Shown piece by piece: positions 21,324-37,100 of a stretch of DNA of 64,000 nucleotides; positions within the stretch are counted from its first letter, which is position 1; the number at the start of each line of letters is the position of its first letter. Position numbers and translations under genes: made by a program. The stretch spans positions 558,001-622,000 of the forward strand of contig CM074807.1 in assembly GCA_037447605.1 (NCBI GenBank), given 5' to 3'. The DNA is from Zygnema circumcarinatum SAG 698-1b. Its lineage: Eukaryota > Plantae > Zygnematophyceae. The notes beneath the pieces are model-generated. The model was not told the origin of the DNA. It made no database searches and worked only from the letters and a program-made list of their open reading frames with translations.

Positions 21324-21610
21324 TTCTACCTTCCAACCCATCTCCCAATAGTCAAATCAGTTACGCATTTTTGGCCCGAGCAATGGTGGAGGCCCAAAGG
21401 CAATACAATCCTCCCCATTGTTCTCCGACTGAAACAGAACAACAAATCAATCACGGAAAAAGAAAAAAAAATAAACAAAATCATTCAAACGGGAAATCCT
21501 TTCCTCTTTGAAAACAATTAAACTCATACTAAGAAAAGGTTTTGCTGTGAGAATTGGGAAAGATCCACACATGCAATTTTTAGGGTTTTATGTTCCATGT
21601 TGACTTCGAT
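21324..21610 (-). pseudogene. Decayed fragment of the 2-hydroxyacid dehydrogenase gene (one exon plus upstream intron)
   Basis: Matches 54298-54615 in the same orientation (GCATTTTTGGCCCGAGCAATGGTGGAGGCC; GTGAGAATTGGGAAAGATCCA) but has in-frame stops and a deletion. Confidence 0.8.
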
Positions 21611-22563
21611 TGCTGTCCCTCCACCGTAAGGAAACATTGAAATGAAATAGAGGCGCTGAAACAGACAAAAAAAGGGGAACGATGCAGGAGAGGGCTGCCA
21701 GGGTTGTGAGGGTTCAGGGTTGCGCGGGTTAAAAGGAGTTTGTAGGGTTTGTAGGGTTTTAGGGCAGTCACATCGTGGGGGATATGGGATGCCTCGCGGA
21801 ATATATCTACGGAACAATAGCGGAGGTACATTGGAGGGTATCTCGATACACGCCGTCAATGATGTATCGGAGTTTATGAAACCGGCGGAAACCGGCGGGA
21901 AGGGCGGGGGAGGACGGACGGAGGGAGGGAGAGCGAGGGAAGGACAGGGTGGAATGAGGGAATCGAGAGAGGGAGGGAGTGACGGAGGGAGGGAGGGATG
22001 AGGGGGGAGTGCAGGCGTAGAACCATTGTACATACTACTTTCGTTTCTTTGACTCTGTTCTAAGGGTCTATGCAAGGAGTAATGTTGCAGACGAGTCTTT
22101 AAAAGCATTTCGCAATCAGTTTCGAAAGCTTTCAGACCTTCGCGCTGACACCCCTCCATGGATCATCCAAGTGAGGGGCTCTCTCCCTGCTTGGCTCTTT
22201 TCATTCTTCAAAAGAGTAACGTTCTAATTTCTCTAATTTTCCGAGCACTTGTCGATGAAATAGTGAAAATAGAGTCCGATTCAAGTGTTCGAATAAAATT
22301 TCTGTATTGAGAGTGTTTGCTGAATTACCTTTATACATTGTCTCGAAAAGACGAACCCTCAAATATGGCTATCTAGGCAGAGCAGATGTCTTCATTTTAC
22401 TTTATAACTCTCTTAATTCTGTTTCTCTCTCTCTCTCTCTCCCTCCCTCCTCTCGTCACTCCCGCTCTCCTTCCTCTCCCTCCCTCCTGCTCTCCCGTTT
22501 GCCCTCCCTCCTCTCCCTCTATCCCCTTCTCCCTCTCCTTCTCCTTCCTCTGTTCTTCTTCCA

Positions 22564-25495
22564 GATTCTGAACTGCAGCTACCATTTGTAAACCACGGAG
22601 AAGCCACGAACAATCGCAAAAGAAAAGCGGCCCAGATTGAGAGGAGGTTCCTACCCACTCTCCCCCCCTCTGCAGCTCCTCCATATGAAGGCCTTCAGTA
22701 TGGAGGAGCTGCCCCTGCAGGACATAGCGAACTTCTCCATCGTTCTCATGTGCGGTATGCGGAGCTTTTTGAAGGACCTGCGGTAGGAGAGGAGAGGGAG
22801 TGGGAGCAGAGAGATGACTATTTCGAGCACTTGGAGTTAACAAGGAGAGATGCTTTGGACCTTCCAGACAGCATGAAGACTATGGACGGAACTGTCTTAA
22901 GTGATGATGACATCGTTCGGATTATGCTGCCGGAAAATGGAGATGAGGAGGCAGAAGATGTGAACGAGTTAGAAACAGTTAGGGACTCTGGAGAGGATGA
23001 TTGCTGGTAGGAAACTTCTTTCACTCCCCCTCTTTCTCTCTTTCTTATCTTGTCACCTGTTTTGCCTCACCACTTTCTCTATCCATAGAACGAAACATTG
23101 AGTATTTTGCATCAACTGTTTTGCAGGTTCAGTGCTAACGATGTGGCTGAGATTCGCCGGAAAGTGGAGAAGCTCCGACCTGTAGAAACAAGAATCTCTT
23201 ATTATCCGCGAATTCGGCAGTTTATAAGTTGGTGTCAGGAGAAGGGAAGGAGACCAATTCCTGTGGGTCCGAGAGTGGCCGCATATTTAAAGTATGGGAT
23301 TGATGAGGGCATAGGAACAGCAAGGAGAAGGGTGCGTATTTGCGCATATATTTTTACATATATATTTTTTTCTACATTACAGCAAACTTTCTGACTGAAC
23401 TCAATCAGCTTTCTGGCTGATTTTGTATGCTGATAGTTGGGATGCATGGATGGGGCCATGCAGTTGACTGAAAGCACTTATAATATGACACTTTTCGCAT
23501 TACAAGATGCTTATAAGCGGCTTTACAAAGCTACAGCAGTCTACTTCGGAATTGCGCCCTCTGCTTATGGAGTCATCAAAGATATGAAAATCAACTATGT
23601 CAAAAAGCTGGCGGAAAATCGGAACGAGTAAGCGTTGCTCTGCTTATTCTTCAAACTCGAGATTGTTATATTTCTTTCAAAACAAAACATCGAATGTGAT
23701 TGTTTATAATTGAATTTACGTTCAACCTTTATGGGAGTTTTTTGTTTGCTCACATTCTCTATCGCTCACTCTTTTTCTCCTTTTCCTTTTCTTTTTTTTT
23801 CCGGACCCTTCCAGATCATGTTCCGTGGGAGCACAAGTAAACATTGTCGAGCCTCTCACTAGTGAGGACTGCAGAGAGATTCTCACTCCCTCTCCCTCTC
23901 CCAATCCCACCCTAACTCCCACTCCCACTCCCACTCCCACTCCTCTCCCTTTCTCAACGGCAGGTGCTCCTACCGCTGCTCCTTCCGCCACCTCCTCTTC
24001 TGCAAATGTCTCTCTCATCCCCTCTCTCACCCCTCCATTCACACTCTCTCTTCAACCTGCATCTATTTCCGCAGCCACATTCTCTCAACCCTCCAACTCT
24101 CCCTTCTCAATACCTCCTTCTGAAGGACCTCCCACAGCCTCAACGTCATCTCTACCTCCCATGTTTCCCCCTCTCCCTCCCTCCTCTCCCTTCATATCCT
24201 CTCCTTCTGGAGGGGGCCCTCTCCCTCTCCCTCCCTCTCAGCCTGCTCCCTCATTTCTTCTCACTCCTGTTTCTACTGGCCCTGGGGGACACGTTCTATA
24301 TCAGATTTCTCAGATTATGCCCTTACTCCAACCACCTCACTTTCTTCAAATGGCTTCTCCCTCTTTTGCTTCTTTCTCTTCCACTCCAGCTCCCTCTCCC
24401 TCTTCCTCTCCCTCTCCCTCTCCCACTCCTACTCCCACTCCCACTTCCACTCCGACTCCCACTCCTACTCCCGCTCCTACTCCCACTCCCGCTCCCACTC
24501 CCACTCCCTCTCCCACTCCCACTTCCATTCCCACTCCCGCTCCCGCTCCCACTCCCACTTTCACTCCCACTCCCACTCTCGCTCCCACTCCCACTCCCAC
24601 TCCCGCTCCCACTCCCTCTCACACCCTCGCTCCTCCTACCGCTCTTCCTTTGCCCCCCCCCCCTCCGTCTTCCCCTCCCACTCTCCCTCCCGCTCCCTCT
24701 CTCTCTCTCGCTCTCGCTTCCTCTCCCGCTCCCTGTCCCTCTCCCTCTCTCGCTCTCGCTTCCTCTCCCGCTCCCTGTCCCTCTCCCTCTCTCGCTCTCG
24801 CTTCCTCTCCCGCTCCCTGTCCCTCTCCCACTCTCGCTCTCGCGTCCTCTCCCTCTCCCTGTCCCTCTCCCTCTCTCGCTCTCGCTTCCTCTCCCGCTCC
24901 CTCTCCCTCTCCCTCGCCCTCTCCCTCCCTCCCTCCCCCCCGCCGCGTAGACCCTCACGAGGACGAAAAATACCTCGTCTCCCGTCACGAGGATGTTCGC
25001 TCCATATGGAGAGAATTCTTTATTTCGGGCCCTCATGGCAAAAAGCCCATCATTGAATTGATGGCCAAATTTGGGAGGGAGTCATGGTATCTTCAAGCAG
25101 GAGACACCCTCTCAAAGAGCAATCGGAAGAATGCATGGCACCAAAGGAGTTGGCCGATTGTGGCAGAGATTTTGTACCGAATAAAGGGGCTGAAAATGGA
25201 CATAGGAGCTGCCCTAACGGAGGTGGAAGCTATGGTGGAGAACTCTCCAAATAAGTCAATTGCCTCCTTCACGAATCAGCTGGTGAGGAATGTGGGGAGT
25301 GAGAGGGCGAGTGGGGTTTGGGTTCAGCAGAAGCAGCTCGTGTCGGAGCTTTTGGATGAGGCTATAAAGGATAGGCGGGATTTGCACATGTATACGGTTC
25401 CGGCCTTGGGGAGGCAGAGTGGGAGTAGTGCTCGCAGGAAGGAGGGAGCTCTTGATAATCTTATCGAGGGTTTAAGAGTCGATACAAAGCCGTAA
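22564..25495 (+). CDS. Spliced gene: integrase core-binding-like domain, long Pro/Ser/Thr linker, GCR1_C-like domain (Crypton-derived candidate); 5' end unresolved
   Basis: Exons (<=22564)-23006, 23127-23331, 23437-23627, 23815-25495 join in frame at three GT-AG introns. The C-terminus [33 protein letters not shown]...[12 protein letters not shown] resembles GCR1_C. Domain calls are from remembered patterns only. Confidence 0.6.
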
Positions 25496-25842
25496 TTAGG
25501 GTTTCTGAGCAACTTAAAGCGATCTATGATGCGGTTCTTATTGCATGACATGGCATGGCATGGGATAGGATGAGATGCCATGTATGTATGTATGTATGTA
25601 TGTATGCTATAATATAGGAACTCATACTGGCTATAAAATGACACGGAGAAAGGCTCAAAACTACTGTACTAGATAATGCGCGCTTTTCGAAGCCCTGAAC
25701 TGGAAAACCCTCAACAGTTTTAAATATCCTAAAAAGACCCAACGATACAAATTTTGCATTACTGCCAATTACTTTTGAGTCCCAGAACAAAGCCCAACAA
25801 TAGAAATATTTTACATTCCGCCTCCCTATGCCCTAAACCGGC

Positions 25843-28692
<2,850 letters not shown>

Positions 28693-28727
28693 AAGGGCCA
28701 GCCAATGGGGGGGGGGGTGAGGGGGCC

Positions 28728-29000
28728 CTGAACCCTAGTTCTTAAGCCCTTAGCCTTGGGGGGGGCCCTGAACCCTAATTCTTAAGCCCTTAGCCTTTAG
28801 GGGGGGGAGGGGGGGGGCTGAACCCTAGTTCTTAAGCCCTTAGCCTTGGGGGGGGGCTGAACCCTAGTTCTTAAGCCCTTAGCCTTAGGGGGGGGGGACT
28901 GAACCCTAGTTCTTAAGCCCTTAGACCGTAGGAGGGGGGGGGGGGGCTGAACCTTAATTCTTAAGCCCTTAGCCTTAAGGGGGCGGGCCCTGAACCCTAA
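28728..29000. repeat. ~40-bp tandem repeat (CTGAACCCTAGTTCTTAAGCCCTTAGCCTT + G run) just upstream of ASB1
   Basis: Six full units and one partial unit with variable G tracts. Confidence 0.85.
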
Positions 29001-29275
29001 CGGTCCTAAAACCCTAAACCCCTGAACCCTGAACCCGGAGCACTACTGTGCCCCCAAGTTGTAACCTAAACACGAAACCCTAAACCCGTAATTCTAAACG
29101 CTAAACCCAACCCAAGACTTGAATTCTTAAAAAAAAAGGTTTCTAGGAAAAAATTACCATGCCAAGAGGCCCAAGACCCTAAACCCTAAACCCTAATCTT
29201 TGAGGATGGCCAACCTCCTTCGTTCCTTTGGCAACTTCGCACCCTCCAAAAACAAACTTCTGTGCATGATTGGAG

Positions 29276-29373
29276 CGTACAGGGATGTACGGATTTTGTA
29301 CGGATATCGCCACGGCAGGTTTGGCTTGTACGGATAAAATTGACCGTACCAATATCGAGTCGTCCATTCGTAC
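29276..29373. promoter_or_regulatory. CGTAC cluster between divergent ASB1 and CJD1
   Basis: Three CGTAC on + (29276, 29345, 29369) and three on - (29287, 29298, 29328) within 100 bp. Confidence 0.5.
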
Positions 29374-29584
29374 AATATCGAGAATATACGGTAAACTGAG
29401 AGCGAACTACATAGAGTTTCACCCAATCCAGCTAATGGGGACTCGCCACGTGACAAATTTGTCTCGATCTTTTGGGTGCCCTTAACCCCCTCATGAAATG
29501 ATTTTCCCCTGAACCCTAAAGTTTGAACCCTAAAGCTTCGGGAGATACAGAGAGAGAGAGTGAGAGCAATTTAGAGGCGCAGCC

Positions 29585-32500
29585 ATGGCGGCCATGGCGG
29601 CAGCAGCGGCGGCGGGTCTCGTCCTCTCCAAGGCGCCATCGCTGGGCAGAGCGAGCTCTTCCGCCGCCCTCCATGGCTCCTCGCACGTGCGAACCTGCCT
29701 CCTGCGGGCCTCCCGCGGCAGCCATGGCCGGAGCCTCGCGGCGGCCTCTCCTTCCGCCGCGCGCTTCGGGCGGCGCCGGAACTCGTAGGGCTCGAACGCT
29801 GGACCTCGGGCATGCTGCGTGGCGCTGCATGGGCCGGCGTATCATGCGCTGCATGGCATGGTCTGGAGTAGGATGCCATGGCATAATGTGTGGCATGGCA
29901 TGGCATGGCATCCCTTTGAGAGCTTAAGTTTGTACAGTGGATTAAGATAGTATGGATTTCAAGTGATTGATAGGTTTCCAGCGATTTCAAGGGTTTAGGG
30001 CTTAAATGAATGGGGAGTGATGATGAGAACATGTGCTTCTTTACGTCTTCATTCTAGGGTTTGAAAGTGCATCGTTCATGGGCAGAAATCAAATTTCAAC
30101 TAATCGAAATTTGCCCCTTTTTTTCTTCATTTCCAGCCAATCAGGAGCTGCCAGGTGCGCAGCTTCAGGTGCTTCCTCCGCAGACCTTCCGGCAGACGAA
30201 GAAGATCCGTACGCGGTGAGTGGTGCCGTTAGTCGGATAAAAAATCTGTAAACATGTACTCGAGTTTTTTTTTTGGTGTCAAAATGGAAATATGTGCAAA
30301 AGTACATGTAGGAGTTTCGAATAGAATTCATGCCGAAAATTATATCTCTTGAAGCACGCGCAAAATTAGATCCATGTTTCGTGTGAACGCGCATGTGTAC
30401 AGAACGTTGACTTCATTGACTTGACTGGCATTGACTTCGTTTTTCTATCGATAACTCCAAAAACTGTCATCAAGTGATACATTGCCAACCAAGCCCTCTC
30501 TATGCACTCGAGACACCGCTAACGGAAACGGAAACGGTAACGGAAAAATCGAAAAAATAAGATACCTAAACTGAAAATCGAACAAAGCAACGCGTGGAGC
30601 CTGTAATGTTTAAAGCGGTCTGACCCGCCAGAGAAAGACCCTCTCGAAACTCTTCAATTTTTTTTTTTTTTTTTTTGCGCATAGAATGTGCATGTGTTGT
30701 ACGCTCAACTGAACTTTAGGTTTTTTTTTTTGGTTTTATGTTGCCACAGGTGCTGGGTGTAAACCCTTTAAAGGGATTTGATGCGGCCATGGTCGCCCAT
30801 AGGAAGAAGCACAAGGAGGCCGTGAGGAAGGGGGACAAGGAGGCCATGGACAGGGTCAGCCTCTGAAAACTGCAAACCCTAATATTTTTAGAAAACGTAG
30901 AAACTCTGAAGGTTTGGAATAAGAATGGAAGGTCTGAAAGGAGTAACGGCGATGTTGAAGGGTTCGAAGGGTTCATGAAATTAGGAGATTTTTAAATGTT
31001 GCGGGTTAGAATCTGACGGTCAACAAGTTTCAGATTTCTAGAAACCTTCAAGATCTTAAAAGATTTGTTTGTTTTTTTTGCTTGAAGGTTAGTTTTAGGA
31101 TGCGAAGGAGCACATTTTTTTTTTTTTTTTTTTTGGATTCGTCAACTCTGCTCGGGAGTGCAGGGTTGTTGGTCATTCTGAAAGTTGAAGTCCTTTTAGG
31201 GTTGCAAAGTTTCGCTAGGATTGAAGGCCTGAAAAGAATGTAAGCAATTCTGTCTGTGTATGAAATATGGGGCTTTCAGTATGACCGAGCATACAACAAA
31301 ATTATGATGAAGCAACTCAACCTTCGGAGGCAGGGCATGACTCTCGGTTCCATGGAGGTAAACTATCTTTCAGATCCTTTCTTTTCCATTCCATGCTCTC
31401 TCCCTCTCTCTCTCATGTTGTTTTGATTCCGCTCTATCGAACTTCTCTTTTCTGCTTCTCAAATCTTCGGATCACGCAAAGTTCATGAGAACTTGAATGC
31501 ATCTTCCCTTCCTCTCTATCCTCCGCTTCCCCTCTCTCCTCTCCCTCTAACCCCCTCCCTCTCTCTGCTTTTGCTTGATTCTCCTCCCTCACTGTCAGTT
31601 CACCAAATCAAAATTCTCTCCCTCTTTGTCCTTCCTCTGTGTAAGCCGATTTTCAGGTTTCGAATGACATAAAGTATGCAGACAAAAGGGCGATTTTTCC
31701 ATGGCTCCCTCGGTAAGTTTCGAGCAGTATCTCTTCTACTTCCATCATTACCTCTGCGGCATTGTACTGCTTCAAACTCCCCGCTTATTGTCATTCTTCA
31801 ACTTCTACTCAAACCACAACTCGGAAATTGCAAAATATGCAAAATGAGCCTTGATTCTCTTTTTCCGTTAGACTGTTCCTTGTAACTACTCATTACGGAA
31901 AACTGAGTTTCCATGTGTTGGCCGACAGGTCGGCCCCTGTGGAGAGAAAGGAGCTGTTCATGAACGCCGTGATTTCCGCAATCTTCGTAGGTTTGCCTCC
32001 TTGCCTCCTTGCGGACTTGGCTTTGAACGGATGTAGGCTTTTAGGGTTTAAGGGTATTCAGGGTGTTGGGGGTTCAGAGGTTTGTTAGGGTAAAGCAGGA
32101 CCTTAAGAAATTTCAGAGACTTACGGAAGGTTTAGGGTCCAGGTCTGGACTGAAAAGAGCAGCGCAACAGAAATTGGAAGGCCAGGAAGGGAGGCGTATG
32201 AAGAGCGAGAGATGGCTAGGGGGGAGAGAGAGAGGGAGAGTGAGAGGGAGAGGTGGGGGAGAGGGGAGAGGGAGGCGGAGAGGGAGGGGGAGGAGGGGGA
32301 GGGGGAAGGGGAGGTGGAGGAGAGGGAGGGGGAGGAGGGGGAGGGGGAGGGGGAGGAGAGGGAGTGGGAGGTGGAGGAGAGGGAGGGGGAGGAGGGGGAG
32401 GGAGAGGGGAAGGAGACGGAGAGGGAAGGAGGGCAGGGAGGGCGAGGGAGAGTAGCCTACTGGCGTCATCCACTACCTCACTCCCTCTCCATCCTCTCCC

Positions 32501-32916
32501 TCCTTCCAGGGCGGGTGGATCATCGCTGTTCGTTCCGCGGAATGGAGACCGCTGCAGTTCATCATCTTCACCTTCATTTTTCGATTGTTTCTGAAGCTTA
32601 AGTCTTTGGCAGGGAGCGCCCCGAAAAGCAGCGAGGTGCACTACTACTGCTATCTCTCTACCTCTCTCNNNNNNNNNNCCCCCTCCCCCATTATCTCTCC
32701 TCCCACTGATCACTCTTGCCACCTCTTTACCTACTTGGGGGCAATTTCAGTTATTTTTGTGAAGGTTTTCACTGTGAGTATGCGATTTTTGGAGCAGGAA
32801 GAAGGAGGAGGAGGGAAAGAGAGAGACGACCAGAATCGGAGCATTCTTCTCCGATCGCTGGGATTGGTCTTCGGAAGCGTTGGCCTCGCCTCATTGGTGG
32901 GTTACTAAAGGAGGGT

Positions 32917-32957
<41 letters not shown>

Positions 32958-33501
32958 CTTTTGCACCCCATGGATGCAAATGGGGTATACGGCAAAGGCA
33001 TTGAGGTGATAAGATATGTTATATGAGATATCATTGGGTGGTTAACGGTGACTTATTTTAGTTAAGTTGTTTTGTGAATGCAGGGATATGCCGCAGTTGT
33101 GAAGGCCTACGTGGCAATGGGGTCGTACCCATACTTTGTGGCTACTGGGCAGGTGAGTATTCTCAGGGCGCGAGAGGGAAAGAGGGAGAGAGGGAAAGGG
33201 AGACAGAGGGAGAGAGGGAGAGGGAAAGGGGGAGAAGGAGAGAGGGAAAGGGAGACAGAGGGAGAGGGAAAGGGAGACAGAGGGAGTGAGGGAAAGGGAG
33301 ACAGAGGGAGAGAGGGAAGGAAGGGGGCCGGGAGGAGAGAGGGAGTGCTTTAAGGTGTGATGATGACCTTTGAATACGCTGCCTGAGACAGATGCCTCTC
33401 TGATTCCTTACTTTCCTTCCCTTTCCTGGTGGTTTCAGGAGCTCTTCATCACCGTGTTCTCCGCTGCCGCTCTCTTCGTTATTTCTAGTTATTATCGCTA
33501 A
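29585..33501 (+). CDS. CJD1: Chloroplast J-like domain 1 homolog, 10 exons
   Basis: Stitched exons give DPYAVLGVNPLKGFD...YDRAYNKIMMKQL...VSNDIKYADK...FPWLPR...WRPLQF...LLRSLGLVFGS...ELFITVFSAAALFVISSYYR*, colinear with Arabidopsis CJD1 as recalled. Ala/Ser-rich transit peptide. Confidence 0.88.
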
Positions 33502-34118
33502 GCAAGGATGGTCTCTCCCTCTCCCCCACTCTCTCTCTCTCTCCCTCTCTCTATCTTTCCTTCACTCTCCCTCCCTTTCAAACACACTCACACGTCCATC
33601 GTGCTCTTTCTTTTCATTCTCCCTTTCATCACTCGCTGCCTCGTTTGGCCCTCTCCCTCCCTTCGCCTTCCTCTCCACCTCCTTCACCTAGTTTACGTTT
33701 TGAACCAGGTCTGTCCCGCTCGATGTGAATCCGCCAGTTTGCAAATTATCGGATTTAGGAGCCGTTAGTGCATTGCCAGTTTTGCGTGTTCAGTATTACG
33801 AATAAAGCCAAATTTATTCACATGTGACAGCGGTCAAGCGTTGGTTCGGCCTCAAAGCTTTCTCTAATTTTTTTTCGGAAAAAATGCACTGAATGCACTG
33901 TTGATCCTTTCAAGCAGCCAAGGTTATTGTATGATGTTGAGGCTGCATTTCCTTGTGTGAAATTTCTGCCGACTGCAACATCTACTTCTGTTCTCAATAT
34001 GTGGCAGCTCAGCATCCATGTTACACAAAAGGCTCCACGACATATCTATTTCTGTTGCTCCATGCATAGTGGAACTTGAATGGATGACAATTGTGCATCT
34101 TAAAACTTNNNNNNNNNN

Positions 34119-37100
34119 GGGGCGGTGAGAGCGGCGGAGGTGGAGGAGGCGGCCATGGCGGAGGGGAAGGAGAGGGGGGGGGAGACGGAGGGGGTTGTGA
34201 AGGGGAGGAGAGGGAGGAAGAAAGGGGTGCAGAGTGTAGAGAGGAGAGTAGGAGGGGAGGAGGGGGAGAGGAGGGATGGAGAGGTGAGTGAGGGCGAGGG
34301 GAGGGAGGGAGAGAGAAGGGAGGAGGGGGGAGTGGAGGCGAGTGGGAGGGTGGGGGAGGAGGTGAAGAGGAGAGGGAGAGGTAAAGGGAGAAAGAAAAAG
34401 GAGAGTGAGGAGGGAGAGGCAGAATTGAGTGAGGGAGAGGGAGAGAAGGTGAGCGGGAGGAGGAGAAAAAAAGTCCTTAATGGGAGCACAAATGGGAGTA
34501 GTGTGAACGATGTAGGAGGGAGGGAGAGGAGAGAGGAGGCGGGAGGGAGTGATGAGGAAGGAGGAAATTCTGGAGAGGAGGAGGTAAGCTATGGAAAGAG
34601 AGGAGCAGAGAGAGCAGAGTGGGAGTCGGAGACGGAGTCGGAGGGAGAAGGAGACACAGAGGGACTGAGAGAGAGAGAGAGAGATGACGTCGGCGTTCTA
34701 CAGGAGCCGCAAGCTAGGAGAGAGGAGGAGGAGAAGGCGGAGTTTGCAGAAATTGACGAACGGATCGTTAGAATGATGTTCACGGAACGGCTCATGGAAC
34801 GGAGCAGGGCAAAGGACCCCGAGGGAGCCGAAGCAGTTTTGGAGGAAATGCAATTTGTGGGGCTGAGCGCGGGGCCTCGACTGCACCACGGAGTGGTGGT
34901 GGGGCACGCACAAGTTGGAGACTTTTACAGCACAGTGAGTGTAGTGGAATACATTTGGGTTTGCAGGATTTTAGGGTTCTAAGAATTTGGGGTTGCTAGA
35001 GTAGGGGTTCTTGAATCTTTCGTTTTTGGGGTTTTCGAGATCATTTTCGCGACCCCCTTTTTTTTTTTCTTCCTCGAAACACCCTGATTCCCTCATATTC
35101 CTAATCTAACCCTAACCCTTATCTATCTCTAACCCCACTTTTCCCCTCTCCCATCTCCTGCCTCCCTCCCTCCCTCCCTCCCTCCCTCCCTCCCTCCTCT
35201 CCCCCACTCTCTCTCTCTCTCTCTCTCTCTCCCTCTCTCTATCTTTCCTTCACTCTCCCTCCCTTTCAAACACACTCACACGTCCATCGTGCTCTTTCTT
35301 TTCATTCTCCCTTTCATCACTCGCTGCCTCGTTTGGCCCTCTCCCTCCCTTCGCCTTCCTCTCCACCTCCTTCACCTAGTTTACGTTTTGAACCAGGTCT
35401 GTCCCGCTCGATGTGAATCCGCCAGTTTGCAAATTATCGGATTTAGGAGCCGTTAGTGCATTGCCAGTTTTGCGTGTTCAGTATTACGAATAAAGCCAAA
35501 TTTATTCACATGTGACAGCGGTCAAGCGTTGGTTCGGCCTCAAAGCTTTCTCTAATTTTTTTTCGGAAAAAATGCACTGAATGCACTGTTGATCCTTTCA
35601 AGCAGCCAAGGTTATTGTATGATGTTGAGGCTGCATTTCCTTGTGTGAAATTTCTGCCGACTGCAACATCTACTTCTGTTCTCAATATGTGGCAGCTCAG
35701 CATCCATGTTACACAAAAGGCTCCACGACATATCTATTTCTGTTGCTCCATGCATAGTGGAACTTGAATGGATGACAATTGTGCATCTTAAAACTTGAAG
35801 TTTGAATCACCAAATGAAGTCGAACCCATATTGTGCTTAGGTCCTTTGCGACCAGTTCCTCGTGGTTCCTGCTGCTTTTGTCCATGTACATTTGATGGCC
35901 TCATCGCTATCGTGAGATCAATGCCACTTCCTTTCATATTCCTTGCAATGTAAAATGTAACCAAATGCAAAACGATCGCAAACGCTCCCATACTTCACAT
36001 AGAGATGGCCCCTCAGTTTGACTTGCAGTTGATGACGCTTTTGGCTGTTCTATGACGGAGTACGGAACTGCTATCATGGAACGTCATTTAGTGACTCTCA
36101 CACGTGCCGAGAGTCGGAGATCAACTGAAAAAAAAAAACACAAAACGAACACCTTTATCTGCTGCCCGCTAATGAGTAGTAGCCACGTCAGCTCCAAGGA
36201 GCTTTTTCCGCTGCTCGCAGTAATCAGGCGGGCAGCAAAAAAAATGGGCGAGATGAGGCAATGCCGCATTCCTCCGCCAGTGTCGCCAACTTTTAAACCT
36301 TAAACCCTAAACCCGAAACCTTGAATCCTAAACCCTTATCTGGAAGGACGGGATCTCGAAGCTTTGGAGAAGCGAGCTGCAGAACTGCTCCTTGTATTAC
36401 TCAAAAACGAGTCCTAATTCTCAATTCTTCACCCCTCCTTTAAACTCTACACCCTGAACGAATTTTGAATTTTGAGACCCTGAACCCTGAACTCCTGAAC
36501 TCCTGAACCCTGAACCCTGAACTCTGAACCCTGAACCCTGAACCCTGAACTCCTGAACTCCTGAACCCTGAACCCTGAACCCTGAACCCTGAACTCCTGA
36601 ACTCCTGAACTCCTGAACTCCTGAACTCCTGAACTCCTGAACTCCTGAACTCCTGAACTCCTGAACTCCTGAACCCTGAACCCTGAACTCCTGAACTCCT
36701 GAACTCCTGAACTCCTGAACTCCTGAACTCCTGAACCCTGAACTCCTGAACTCCTGAACCCTGAACCCTGAACCTGAACCTGGACTCTGAACCCTGAACC
36801 CTGAAGCCTGAACCCTGAACCCTGAACTCTGAACCCTGAACCCTGAACCCTGAACCCTGAACCCTGAACCCTGAACCCTGAACTCTGAACCCTGAACCCT
36901 GAAGCCTGAACCCTGAACTCTGAACCCTGAACCCTGGACCCTGAACCCTGAACCCTGAACCCTGAACCCGGAACCCTGAACCCTGAACCCTGAACCCTGA
37001 ACCCTGAACCCACAGACCCTGAACCTGAACCCTGGACTCACAGACCTGAACCCTGAACTCCTGAACCCTGAACCCTGAACCTGAACCTGGACTCTGAACC

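Noticed and set aside
20000-22300. Additional gene between the root-cap gene and the Crypton-like gene
   Set aside because: Only short ORFs and one possible exon (~22093-22170) that I could not join in phase; not enough support.
33525-35796. Direct repeats flanking the first visible pTAC3 exon, like LTRs or a cassette
   Set aside because: No TG...CA ends, PBS or PPT; the edges are an N gap and a CT microsatellite. An expected pTAC3 exon is also missing, which fits misassembly.
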